The position numbers and the translations under genes were made by a program. Below, piece by piece: positions 53,499 through 63,500 of a DNA stretch of 64,000 nt. Location: IMG/VR virus record IMGVR_UViG_3300009155_000035. One strand, written 5' to 3'. Origin of the DNA: a virus. Its lineage: Duplodnaviria; Caudoviricetes. The notes beneath the pieces were generated by a model that saw only the letters and a program-made list of their open reading frames with translations, ran no database searches and was not told the origin of the DNA. Within the stretch, counting starts at the first letter, position 1. Every line of letters starts with the position of its first letter.

Positions 53499-54063
53499 CT
53501 ATGGAATTTTGTAAATATTTAAACAAATCATTCATACCATCACGATTCAAGTGTCCGTCGGGCAATCTATAGGAGGCTGGTATGTAAGGGTACAGCAATG
53601 TTTCTGTTGTTTTTCTTTTTTCCCAAGAAAACGCAATAACTTTTTTATTTTGATTTTTTAAAAATGAAAGTAATCCGTCGATTAGCATGTCACTGAGATC
53701 GTCACAGTAGGGAGGACCGTACACTGTGTAAAAATATTTGTGCATTTCTTGATGCGCAGTATCAAGTGCAGATGGTTCAAGTCCAAATCCTCGACCACCG
53801 ATTCCAGGATAAAAATCTAAATTTTGATCATTGTAGCCAATGTAAAAGCGTGAACTAAAAGTAAATCCCAACACTATTACATCAAAGTCTTTGAAGTTCT
53901 TGTATGTGTCCATGACCATGGCAAGATTGCTCTTGCCTAATCGAGACTGGTCCATGACGTTGTAACCACCTTGAACGGAAAACAAACTGCCAAGGGACTG
54001 TTCTCTTGGCAGTCCCTGACCGTACACCATGCTACAGCCATCAAGGTAAAGACTTTTTACCAT
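53491..54063 (-). CDS. SGNH/GDSL-like protein
   Basis: LDGCSMVYG; GKSN; DGHLN. Confidence 0.65.
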   Translation of the reverse strand: MVKSLYLDGCSMVYGQGLPREQSLGSLFSVQGGYNVMDQSRLGKSNLAMVMDTYKNFKDFDVIVLGFTFSSRFYIGYNDQNLDFYPGIGGRGFGLEPSALDTAHQEMHKYFYTVYGPPYCDDLSDMLIDGLLSFLKNQNKKVIAFSWEKRKTTETLLYPYIPASYRLPDGHLNRDGMNDLFKYLQNSIDV

Positions 54064-54989
54064 CCTTCTTGTGCCCGAATTACATCAATTTCACGAACCA
54101 TGACACCACGGTTGTGCCAGTTGGATCTGTAGTGTTGTTTAAAGAAACGGCTTTGTTCAACTTCAAACATCATGATTGGTAAGTCTAATTGTGTGCGCAG
54201 TTCTTCGCTGACTCTAAATGCCAGTCGTTCAGGATCTGAGTCCTGCACACTTGCCCATAGGTCTTCTAGTGCATCAAAGTTTTGTACTAGCCGATAGTCC
54301 CAGTCTGTGAGCATGGTCATGTATGTGCCCATTCTTGCTCCGGCAATAGACCAGGCACCGTGTTCAACATCAAGGCCAATATTGTGCCAAATAGTCAAGT
54401 GATCTAAATTGCGTTGATGTACACGGTCTCTAAATTCAGCTACAGTGGGCCGGGCCCCACGGTTCAAGCACATCTTAACACCTTCACGGAATCCAGCACG
54501 CCAGGCGTGAAACTCGTCACCATTGGGATATGTTGTGGAGTAGCAGTCGTGCATGGGCCAATACAGTGGATCAAAACAAAACTCTACTTCGGTTTCTGTG
54601 CGTCCGTCGGTGTTTTCATGTGTACGCATGCGGTTTACAAACTCACGTGTCCATGAGCTGATTCCGCCGTTGCCGTACCGGAGTCCGTTGATGTGATTAC
54701 GTGCTCGCCAACGAAAAACAGCACGTTCGTAATCAGCGTTTTCAAACACCAGTGTTTGATTAAAAAAATCAGCGTCGGGCATGTTATCGCCATCAATCAA
54801 GATAAAGCGTTCAGTTTCGCTAGCGGCAGCGGCTGCTTTGTGTGCGGCATCACTGCCTTTAACTCCGTCAACTCGTTGTGCCCAAGGCACAAGATTTTTA
54901 ATTTTGATCCAAAATTCTTCTCGTTGTGGTTCGTCGTAGCTTAGATAAATGCAGTCTAAGTCTGCTACATCAATTTGTTTCTGTGACAT
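54057..54989 (-). CDS. Putative GT-A-fold glycosyltransferase
   Basis: DCIYLSYDEP...AAHKAAA...FILIDGDN (DxD); WRAGFREG. Confidence 0.6.
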   Translation of the reverse strand: MSQKQIDVADLDCIYLSYDEPQREEFWIKIKNLVPWAQRVDGVKGSDAAHKAAAAASETERFILIDGDNMPDADFFNQTLVFENADYERAVFRWRARNHINGLRYGNGGISSWTREFVNRMRTHENTDGRTETEVEFCFDPLYWPMHDCYSTTYPNGDEFHAWRAGFREGVKMCLNRGARPTVAEFRDRVHQRNLDHLTIWHNIGLDVEHGAWSIAGARMGTYMTMLTDWDYRLVQNFDALEDLWASVQDSDPERLAFRVSEELRTQLDLPIMMFEVEQSRFFKQHYRSNWHNRGVMVREIDVIRAQEGW

Positions 54990-55308
54990 AATTTTTTTTA
55001 CTCCAATATACTGCAGGTTCTGAATTGACCACAATACAAATATCTTGTGGATGGCACATTGTGCCAGTGCTTCCGGGTGTTAGTTTTGAGCTAACTGTGA
55101 CTTTTGTTTCGATTAACTTTCCGTTGCGAACTCGCACATTGCTGGGACTTTTGGCAAAAGTTTCTTGATCAATGTCAATGTATGTACCTGGCAGGTCTTC
55201 CATGCTGTAAAATAGTGGTAGACCATTTTCGTCATGATACAATCTAAAAAATATAGGCGCAGGCGCGGGTGCTCCAAGCAGTATAGCCCAAAACTCATCA
55301 GATGTCAT
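54970..55308 (-). CDS. Hypothetical protein
   Basis: MTSDEFWAIL...FFRLYHDENG. Confidence 0.65.
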   Translation of the reverse strand: MTSDEFWAILLGAPAPAPIFFRLYHDENGLPLFYSMEDLPGTYIDIDQETFAKSPSNVRVRNGKLIETKVTVSSKLTPGSTGTMCHPQDICIVVNSEPAVYWSKKNYVTETN

Positions 55309-56080
55309 CGATCCAGCGTTTGTCATGATAATGAAATGCTCCGTGTTGTGCTATGGTGTTGATGCGTAGTTCATGGTTGTTGTGTTCCCATACTAATTCT
55401 TTGTGCCAGGGGTCTTGCAATGTACCAACAATGTGCCGCTTCATATGTGTGATTGTTGGATATGTACTAAACGGCATGGTGCATCTTTCTGGGCCAATGA
55501 TGTTTGCTGCCATGGCATACACCACATCTGTGCTGGGCACTTCTTCGGGGAATTTTAGCAATTTTTTAAAGTCGTCCCAGTTGGCAAATATAGATTGCAC
55601 TGTGTTGAAAAACTCCATGGCGGTTTGACTCAAGCGCCAATATGTAACAGCGTTGTACACATCGGGCAAATTGTTTTTGTCAAATATCTGTCTGTAATAT
55701 CTGTTGGTAGATACAATATTGCGCCAGTCTCTACAGCCAGTACTGATTACAACATCACGGTGTCTAAACATGGTCCACCAGTGGCCGATCTCACTGGTAA
55801 TTAACATATCAGCTTCAAGTTTGATTGTTTCCCTAAAAGGACTAGCATGAAACACTTGCCAGTCATTAGCAAACCCATTGGTGCTGGTCGGATAAGGATA
55901 CGGATGCACATAGTCAAACACTGTGTCCACTGCTACATCTGCATTGGTCAACAAACATACTTCGGCGTCAGGATGCCAGTGTTTGATACTTTGAGCTAAC
56001 TTACGAGCGCATTGAACATAGTCAATATCGTTGTTTTGAAACGCTGGAATAATATAACCTTGCTCAGAAATCGGCTTCAA
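55298..56080 (-). CDS. Putative nucleotide-diphospho-sugar transferase (GT8-like)
   Basis: YVQCARKLAQSIK; SPFRETIKLEADM. Confidence 0.6.
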   Translation of the reverse strand: MKPISEQGYIIPAFQNNDIDYVQCARKLAQSIKHWHPDAEVCLLTNADVAVDTVFDYVHPYPYPTSTNGFANDWQVFHASPFRETIKLEADMLITSEIGHWWTMFRHRDVVISTGCRDWRNIVSTNRYYRQIFDKNNLPDVYNAVTYWRLSQTAMEFFNTVQSIFANWDDFKKLLKFPEEVPSTDVVYAMAANIIGPERCTMPFSTYPTITHMKRHIVGTLQDPWHKELVWEHNNHELRINTIAQHGAFHYHDKRWIDDI

Positions 56081-56882
56081 TTAACTCTCCCAGGTGTCGT
56101 TTGCCCATGGCATGAAAGTCTGTGTTGGAAAATGTTAGATGTTTAGAGCGGTTATCTGTGTCAATGTACTCTATTGCGTAACATCTAATATCATTATCCA
56201 TTGGCATTTTTGTTAATCGTGCTTCTGGCAGCACAGTCAGCAGAGGCCAGGGTATTTCATCCACAGACAAGGTATGCCCACTTACAATTCCAAGTGCAAT
56301 GCTCAAGGCATAGTCATTGCGGTAGTTAGAGTTAGTAAATCCATACAAGTTTTGGTAGTGCGGCCAGTTGTTACGCACCATGTTCATGCAATCAAATATG
56401 TATTGAGCCATGTTGCTTTTACGAAACATCATGACTGTGGCCCACCACATGGGAAAGTTATAACGCCCAAACACATTTAATTGGTCAAGCCGTTGCCCAC
56501 GACTTAGATCAAAGCTTTCGCGATGACACATAAAGTCTTTGTCTGCATGTAATATCACAGACAAATCGTTGCCATTAACCACGTAGTCGGCATCCAACAC
56601 CAGTGTTCTATCATATGGTGTTAAACTATATGCATCAGTTCTATTGCGATTATACCAAGGAACATTGTGTCCTATGTCAGCAAAGTGTCTAACACCTCCT
56701 TGTTCTCGGCCAGCAACAATTACATGTTCAAAATTATATTTGTCTGCAAATTCTGCGTTATCAGTTACAAGGGTAGTACCTATACCAAGATGTGTGGCAA
56801 TATTACGGGCACTCCAGGCTGCCATTCTAACATAATCTATGTCATCGTTGTTATAGGCAAATATCAGTGCACCGGTACTCAT
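56064..56882 (-). CDS. Putative nucleotide-diphospho-sugar transferase (GT8-like)
   Basis: TPYDRTLVLDADY (DxD); YRNDYALSIA; paralog of 55298-56080. Confidence 0.62.
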   Translation of the reverse strand: MSTGALIFAYNNDDIDYVRMAAWSARNIATHLGIGTTLVTDNAEFADKYNFEHVIVAGREQGGVRHFADIGHNVPWYNRNRTDAYSLTPYDRTLVLDADYVVNGNDLSVILHADKDFMCHRESFDLSRGQRLDQLNVFGRYNFPMWWATVMMFRKSNMAQYIFDCMNMVRNNWPHYQNLYGFTNSNYRNDYALSIALGIVSGHTLSVDEIPWPLLTVLPEARLTKMPMDNDIRCYAIEYIDTDNRSKHLTFSNTDFHAMGKRHLGELIEADF

Positions 56883-57187
56883 CGTTTTTTTTGCAATGCT
56901 TGATGTTCAACCAGCCAGGCATTCATTTGCTCTTGCCATCGGCCCAGTACAAGGTATTGTAGTTCAACAGGGTCAACCTCAATAGGGGTTTCGTAAAGGT
57001 CTAGCAATACCACTTTGTCTTTGACTGGTATTGCCTGTAGCAGTGTCAGCAACTTGGGTCCGGCTCGCCACATTCCTCCGGTATAAGGAAATAACATTTT
57101 GGCTTCGTATTTTTCTTTGAGCATGCGTTTTGCCGAAACATGGTCAAATCTAGCTCGAGCGTGTGAAATTATAGAATCAGTATCCAT
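56879..57187 (-). CDS. Hypothetical protein
   Basis: 102-aa ORF with ATGA overlap. Confidence 0.7.
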   Translation of the reverse strand: MDTDSIISHARARFDHVSAKRMLKEKYEAKMLFPYTGGMWRAGPKLLTLLQAIPVKDKVVLLDLYETPIEVDPVELQYLVLGRWQEQMNAWLVEHQALQKKR

Positions 57188-57213
57188 GATAACAGTTTAC
57201 ATTAATTTTAGAT

Positions 57214-57243
57214 AAAAGTAAAGGGCTTCAAAGCCCTTTACTG
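57214..57243 (-). terminator. Intrinsic terminator after the structural genes
   Basis: GTAAAGGGC/GCCCTTTAC stem; T-run on the minus strand. Confidence 0.7.
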
Positions 57244-57264
57244 TGTTTTTGGATGACCTGACAA

Positions 57265-58251
57265 TTAGGCCACTGAAGCTGCCACAGTTGGTGTCCCCCA
57301 ACTTGCGCTTGTTAGATATGTTGTGCTTGGTGGGAAGTATGTGACCACTGTGGCTGGTGCAGTTCCAAATGTAATTCCTGATGTAGCAGTGCCACCACTG
57401 ATTTGGTCAATGGAATATGGATTTGGGTAACCAGGATCAAACCAGGTAGTTGTAAGGACCAATTGTGTTCCGGATCCAGCAGTCTTAGCCTGGAGTTGAA
57501 TGTATTGTCCAGTGTATGGCGCTGTGTCAGCAAATTGCTTGTATAATATTGTATCAGTGGTAGTTAACTGATACCAACCAGTTCCAGTGGTCAACGTAGT
57601 TGGTGTGCCGGTACCACCAGATTTTGTTGTGCCAGTGTAGCTAGTTCCAGCAATGGTTTGTGTTGTTCCGCCAGCAGTGATAAAAATATCACCAACCAAG
57701 GTGTTGGCCAGGTCATTCCACTCAGGGTCAGCTGTGGTGCCAGTAGAAGTTTTGTTTGTTTCCCACTTGATACGTCCACCACCATTAAAGAAATACCGTG
57801 CGGCATCTGCACTGGCCCAGGTAATTGTATGGGTAAATGTTATGGTCCAGGCATTGGTGCCCGAACCAGTAGCAGTGGTCTTTGAACTGGTACCAGTCCA
57901 GGATGTGTACTGAGATCCAGTGCCCACTGCATTGAGTCTGTTGGTTGTGACGTTTGTGAGGTCAGTATTTAAGTTGCTTAGAATAGAAATTGTAGAACCA
58001 GCAGTGGGTACGGTGCGAGTTGTAATTGATGTACTAGTCTGATTGGCCATTGATGTAATGGTGTTCACTAGGCTGGCCCATTGAGTAGCTGTAACTGTAC
58101 CAGCAACGCTGGCAGTGCTTAATGCAGTTTGCCCCCATCCTTTGTTGCTACTACCGGTCGCCCAAACATCATTGACGTTTGCACCCGAGTTGGTGCTTAC
58201 AAAGCCATTGTAATCTGTAGCTTGTATTAATCCGCCCGATGAATAAGTCAT
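57265..58251 (-). CDS. Putative virion structural protein (Thr/Gly/Ser-rich)
   Basis: MTYSSGGLIQATDYN; RYFFNGGG; composition and context. Confidence 0.65.
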   Translation of the reverse strand: MTYSSGGLIQATDYNGFVSTNSGANVNDVWATGSSNKGWGQTALSTASVAGTVTATQWASLVNTITSMANQTSTSITTRTVPTAGSTISILSNLNTDLTNVTTNRLNAVGTGSQYTSWTGTSSKTTATGSGTNAWTITFTHTITWASADAARYFFNGGGRIKWETNKTSTGTTADPEWNDLANTLVGDIFITAGGTTQTIAGTSYTGTTKSGGTGTPTTLTTGTGWYQLTTTDTILYKQFADTAPYTGQYIQLQAKTAGSGTQLVLTTTWFDPGYPNPYSIDQISGGTATSGITFGTAPATVVTYFPPSTTYLTSASWGTPTVAASVA

Positions 58252-58267
58252 AATCTAGTCCTAATTA

Positions 58268-59761
58268 TTATTTTGTAGCAACAATGGCTTCTACTAATCC
58301 CTCAGTTGCTTCTAGTTTGTTTTCTAGAGCACGACCAAGAACGTTGAACGCAGTAGCTTCCCCTAGCAATGCGGCCCTTGCAAGGCCATTACCAGCTGAC
58401 ACTAAACGATCACCCTTTTTAACCATACCAACAGCTCGAACTGGAACACGTCCGGTCATAGCAATTGGTGGATGCGTAGCGTCAGTTCCTGCGCCCGAGT
58501 TCATCAAATATGCTGCTCTTGTACTTACCACGCCGAACACATTTTCGCTTAGATCGTACACAGACATGGTGATTTCTGCGTCGCCGCCAAGTTCAACAAC
58601 TGTGCCTGGGGGCAGATATGCGTCGGCTGCAAAACGTTCTGCAACGTCGGCGTACAGTGCTGTGGTTGCTGTAGCAAAAACTGTGTTATAGTAACCGGTA
58701 GAACTGCCAATGTTACCAACACCGTTGGCATTGGTGTTAACAATGTTACCGACTGCTACTTGGCCTGTTGAAACACTTAGGTTACCTGCTGTTACGTTAC
58801 CAGTGATGCTGATTGTTGTACCAGTGTGGGCCGCGGCATTGATATTTCCAGCTGTTACGTTTCCTGTGACACTCAGAGTAGTGGGAATAGAAACTGCACT
58901 AGTTGCGCCATTAACACTTAGTACAGTTGTTACTACGCCGCCGTCATTGACTTTGATAGACAAATTGGCATCTTGTGTTTGATTTTGTAATGTAACTTCA
59001 CTTGTTGCGGTGTTGACAGAAATTTTAGCGTCTTGATCAAGACCAACTGTGAGTCCTGAATCATTTAAAATTCCCAATGTTCCGCTAGTGGTATCATTTG
59101 CATCACTGCGCAAGAATTGTGTGCTGTCAAGACCGTCAAGTAATTGAGTATCAGTTGATGTTCCACGGAACAATGCGCTAGATACTGTGGTACTTAATTG
59201 GATTCCTGGACTAATTGTAGAGAAGCCAGAAATACTCGGGACTGGAGTAAAGGTGGCGTCCTTGGAAACAATGCCAACAATAGTATTGCTTACGTACAAT
59301 TGAATCACAACGTGATCAACGGACAAGTTGTCTGTTAAAGTTGTAACCACTGCACCAGAAGTACCTTCACCAGCTGTAGATGCAGGGCCAACTAATATCC
59401 AGGCGCTACCGTTGTAAACTTTAAGCTGTTGGTTAGTGGTATCAAACCATAAATCACCGGCAACGTTACTGCTTGGTGCAGTAGATGCCGCTGTAGACGC
59501 ACTGATAACTTTGAAAGTTGTACCATTGTACACCTTCATCACGTTATTTGTTTTGTCCCACCAAAGCTGCCCAGTAAGTGGTGCGCTGGGTGCTGAAGTG
59601 TTTGAACCGTTTTCTAATAAGTGAATGAAGTTTTCGTCTAAAAACTCACCGTAGCCGGCATAGTTTTTGCCGACTAAAATCATGCTAGAACTAGTGTTGA
59701 TGGTGCCATCTGCAATAGTTGCAAAAATGCTGCCATCTGTTAAGTTAATCGTATATGCCAT
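58268..59761 (-). CDS. Putative virion/tail-fibre-type structural protein
   Basis: LVGKNYAGYGEFLDENFIHLLENG; GQLWWD/GDLWFD repeats shared with gene 1; C-terminal YADVAERF..PGTVV..FGVVST..GRVPV. Confidence 0.72.
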   Translation of the reverse strand: MAYTINLTDGSIFATIADGTINTSSSMILVGKNYAGYGEFLDENFIHLLENGSNTSAPSAPLTGQLWWDKTNNVMKVYNGTTFKVISASTAASTAPSSNVAGDLWFDTTNQQLKVYNGSAWILVGPASTAGEGTSGAVVTTLTDNLSVDHVVIQLYVSNTIVGIVSKDATFTPVPSISGFSTISPGIQLSTTVSSALFRGTSTDTQLLDGLDSTQFLRSDANDTTSGTLGILNDSGLTVGLDQDAKISVNTATSEVTLQNQTQDANLSIKVNDGGVVTTVLSVNGATSAVSIPTTLSVTGNVTAGNINAAAHTGTTISITGNVTAGNLSVSTGQVAVGNIVNTNANGVGNIGSSTGYYNTVFATATTALYADVAERFAADAYLPPGTVVELGGDAEITMSVYDLSENVFGVVSTRAAYLMNSGAGTDATHPPIAMTGRVPVRAVGMVKKGDRLVSAGNGLARAALLGEATAFNVLGRALENKLEATEGLVEAIVATK

Positions 59762-59812
59762 GTATGGTTACTCCGTCCTGTTTGTATTTATCGCCGTTTT
59801 TTGTACGTATAT

Positions 59813-60418
59813 TTATGTTGAACTCAAATTGGTTAGAGTTTGAATTCTAACTGTATAATCAATTTGAATCTGACGGTTCAAACTCTTTTGAACCGGGTGA
59901 AATATAACGTGAGTTAACAGCATTAACTCTGTTGCTGATCCTTCCCAGGCTTTTAACCCCAGTTCATCAAATACATATTCTCCGCTGAAATTTGTGGAAT
60001 TATCAAATGCTTGTTGGCCAGGCGGCTCGCCGTAGTCCAACAAACAACTTACCAGTACATCAGTATACACCTGTCCAGAAGTATGTAACACTGTGAGTTT
60101 GTTACGACTTGGGTCTGTGTTGGCTGCTGAGTTATCATCAACTACTTTGATGTAGGTTTGATTATACAAGTCGGCGTTTGCCCCGGTTGTGTTTGGAGGC
60201 AAATAGGTAATAACTCCTGTGGGGTCAACACTGGATCCGCCATTGCCAAATGCCATTGCATAGATAAAACCTAGATTTTTATCTGCCAAGGACTGGGCAA
60301 GTGCAATACTCATATTTTCATAGTGAATGGCGTTCTTTTTATCTATAAAAACTTCCCCATCATTTGGGTCGTATATTTTCAAGAAGCCTTGAACTGCAAC
60401 TGGAATTGATGTCATCAT
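59813..60418 (-). CDS. Conserved phage structural (baseplate/tail-associated) protein, putative
   Basis: MAFGNGG; YVFDELGL; THVIFHPVQKSLNRQIQIDYTVRI; ATGA overlap at 60418. Confidence 0.65.
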   Translation of the reverse strand: MMTSIPVAVQGFLKIYDPNDGEVFIDKKNAIHYENMSIALAQSLADKNLGFIYAMAFGNGGSSVDPTGVITYLPPNTTGANADLYNQTYIKVVDDNSAANTDPSRNKLTVLHTSGQVYTDVLVSCLLDYGEPPGQQAFDNSTNFSGEYVFDELGLKAWEGSATELMLLTHVIFHPVQKSLNRQIQIDYTVRIQTLTNLSST

Positions 60419-60567
60419 GCCCGAGTCTCCACTATTATTTGTTTGGTATTTGGGTCGTAGATCTTTACATGACAATCAATCTGAATATTGCCTTTGTCAT
60501 CGGGCTTTTTAGCCTGTGATGCTTGTGGTTGATTTTCCTGCATTTTTTGATCTTTAAAATTCATCAT
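60415..60567 (-). CDS. Hypothetical ~50-aa protein (start uncertain)
   Basis: ...KKPDDKGNIQIDCHVKIYDPNTKQIIVETRA; TAAATA just upstream. Confidence 0.6.
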   Translation of the reverse strand: MMNFKDQKMQENQPQASQAKKPDDKGNIQIDCHVKIYDPNTKQIIVETRA

Positions 60568-60579
60568 ATATTTATTCAT

Positions 60580-63500
60580 TTAGTTACCACGTATAAACCT
60601 TGCAGCCTCGGTATATGTTTCTTGCAAAGGAACACCGTTGCTTGCAGTTCCCGAACCTGGTTCATACCAACTCTTGCCACGCATTACACGTATAGAAACC
60701 TGGTATCCCGCTGTTGGTGCTTCATCAAACTCAATTTCTACGGTATCGAGCTGTGTAACAGTGTAACCTGTGGTTTGTAGCAACCCGCCAACATAAACTT
60801 CCACAGCATCTGCAGTTGATACAACTATGCTGTCTGTGGTATATGTTGTATTGATACCGTTTGCCAGGTAGTTTTGGTATTGCACATAGTTTTGGTATTC
60901 AGCAGTTAGCATATTGCCCTTGCCAATATCATATACCGGTGTGTCAACTTCATGACTTGCGGCTGCTGTACCCGAAGTACCACGACGTAGACTGCTAATT
61001 GTGTTTGCCACAATATCACGTTCACGATAAGCAATGCGTTCACCGTTGATAGTGATCAATCCAAAAATACCTTCTGCAAGATTTGGCTCGCTCAAGTTGC
61101 TGGCATTATCAACATAAATGGTGTCGTCGTCTGCTGATAATGCTTGTGCCAATGCTGTGGTAGAATTTGTTGTAATTCTATAAGTTGTTTGAATTCCGCG
61201 CATGTCTTGGAATATACGGAATGCAATTGCGCCTGGAACAACTCTATCAGTCATACTTGTAATTACCACAACTTGGCTGTTGTTAATTGTTGGTCCAAGG
61301 ATAATAACGTTGGTTCCATCAGCAACCCAATCTACTTCTGGGAACAAATAAAATCCATCAAGAGTAACAATCAATCGATTAGTGTCAACAATTGTTCTTC
61401 CAGTATCAAATCGATTGGATTCAATCAATGTTCCTTCAGAGTAATCGTATGTGCCTGGGTCGTCGACAATATTTCCCTCATCATACGGTGTACTATCATA
61501 TGCTTCGCTAATCACCAATCCACGAGTACTTGGCCCAACAAATACCTGTGTCACTAGGTTTTGTTCAGAAGTGTTATTCCACGTTGTTACAGAAATAATG
61601 TCACCGCTGATTGGAACAAGACCTTGTCCTGCCTGGAATGCCAGTGTTGTGCCCATGGCCCAGTATTGTGCTTTTGTTCTAACAGAAATTAAAACCTGTG
61701 CATTAATAGCAGGAGGTGTAGTAAGTGTCACTGTTCTATAAGATCCATCAACTGGGTTAACAACAAACCCAACCCCTAGCACCAACGGAACATTATTAAC
61801 ATAAACTGATACATCGTTGTCAGATACCAAACTTAAACTATATCCACCATTGCTCGGTAAGTCATAATCAACTGTTGATCCGTCACCAATGTATTCAACA
61901 CCTTCACTTGGGCGAGCTCGCACTCCGTTTTTGTTTACAATAATATTAGCTGGATTAGTGCCCGATAAGCTATTGGACAATGTATAGCTCAAGCTGCCAG
62001 TTGACAAGAAGTATTGCGTAATTGGAATGCTCCATCCGTCGCTGACCCCCGCTGTGGTATTGCCAAGCGCAGTTAATGTGATACGATCATTGCTGGTAAA
62101 CACAGTACCAAATGTGATAACTGTATTACCTGATCCAACTGCATCATATGTGTAATCAGTGTTTTGTACACCATTGACAAAAATTGCAAACGAGTTAATT
62201 AACGATGTTTCAATTGGTATTACAATTGTATCTTCAACAACAGATCCAATGTATGTATTAGTGTACATTTGGTTGCCGCCGCCCAATGCATAAACGTTCA
62301 CGCTGATAACATTGCCGGCAACTGCATGTTGTGTAACTGAAATAGTATAATTGACCCAATCAACAGTGAAGTCTACTCCTACGTCTAGTTCTAGGCCTTG
62401 AGTTTGGTTATAAACTTGCACAACAACCGGGTAATCTAATGCACCAGCAAAGCTCATGTTACCGTCGCCCATGACAAAATTACGGGTTGCAATTGGGAAT
62501 CCGTGTCCGTTGCCTTCCCAGTCTGAACCCGGGGTTGTAAACACACGCATGTCTAGTGTATCATATGTGATACCGGGTACTAATTCTTCTGGGGCATGAC
62601 TTTCGTATGTGTCAACAAAGGCGCCACCGTTGACACTGATAGCGTTAGCAGGCCCTGTTGTGGGCGGGGCGCCGTCATATGCAGGCGCTGGTAAAATTCC
62701 TAGATACGGATCTGTAAATTCGCTTGAATAAATTGCATCTAGAATTGCTGGATCGTATGTTGGGGTTCCATCTGGTGCATAAGAAATGTTATCAAACGGT
62801 GTTATGTCAAATCCCCCGACATCGAAACCAGTGTCTTGTGCAAATGATGGTGCCATTACTTGCACACCCGGGTAATCAATACCTGTCATTAACAGTGCAA
62901 GATCAAGGCCTGGCTGGTTTGGCGTAGGAACATAGTATCCCCAGGTGCGGTTAACACCACTTAGATCACCCGCGGGCACCAGTGTCCAGTTACTGGGATC
63001 AAATTCTGCTGTTTGTACTTCGGTATTTGCCTCCCACACACGATCGTCATACCGCACCAGGGAGCCACTTGGGTATGTAGTATCAGATTCCCAAATTGAA
63101 ACATCAGATGTGTATTGATATCGATCATATCGAATCACAGTCAACAGATTTCTAACCTTGGCATTGCCAAGTACTGCAACTGCAACTGCGCCTGACCCAT
63201 TACCGCCTGTGAATGTAATGGTTGCTGTGGTCGAATACCCTTCGCCGGGATCCACTACAACTATGCTGTTAACTTGTCCAGCACTGTTGATGGTAGCAGT
63301 AACAACAGCTTGTCTAATACAATCACCAGTCACTGTTACTTCTGGGGGAGTAGAATACCCTGACCCACCATCAATAATAGTCACACCATCAAGACTCAAC
63401 AAATAGTTTTGATACCATTGATTCCATGGGAATGTGGTCCACACTGGAGACGTACTTGGTAAACTACTTGTGGTACTCAATGTGCCAGTGTTGTCAAGCA

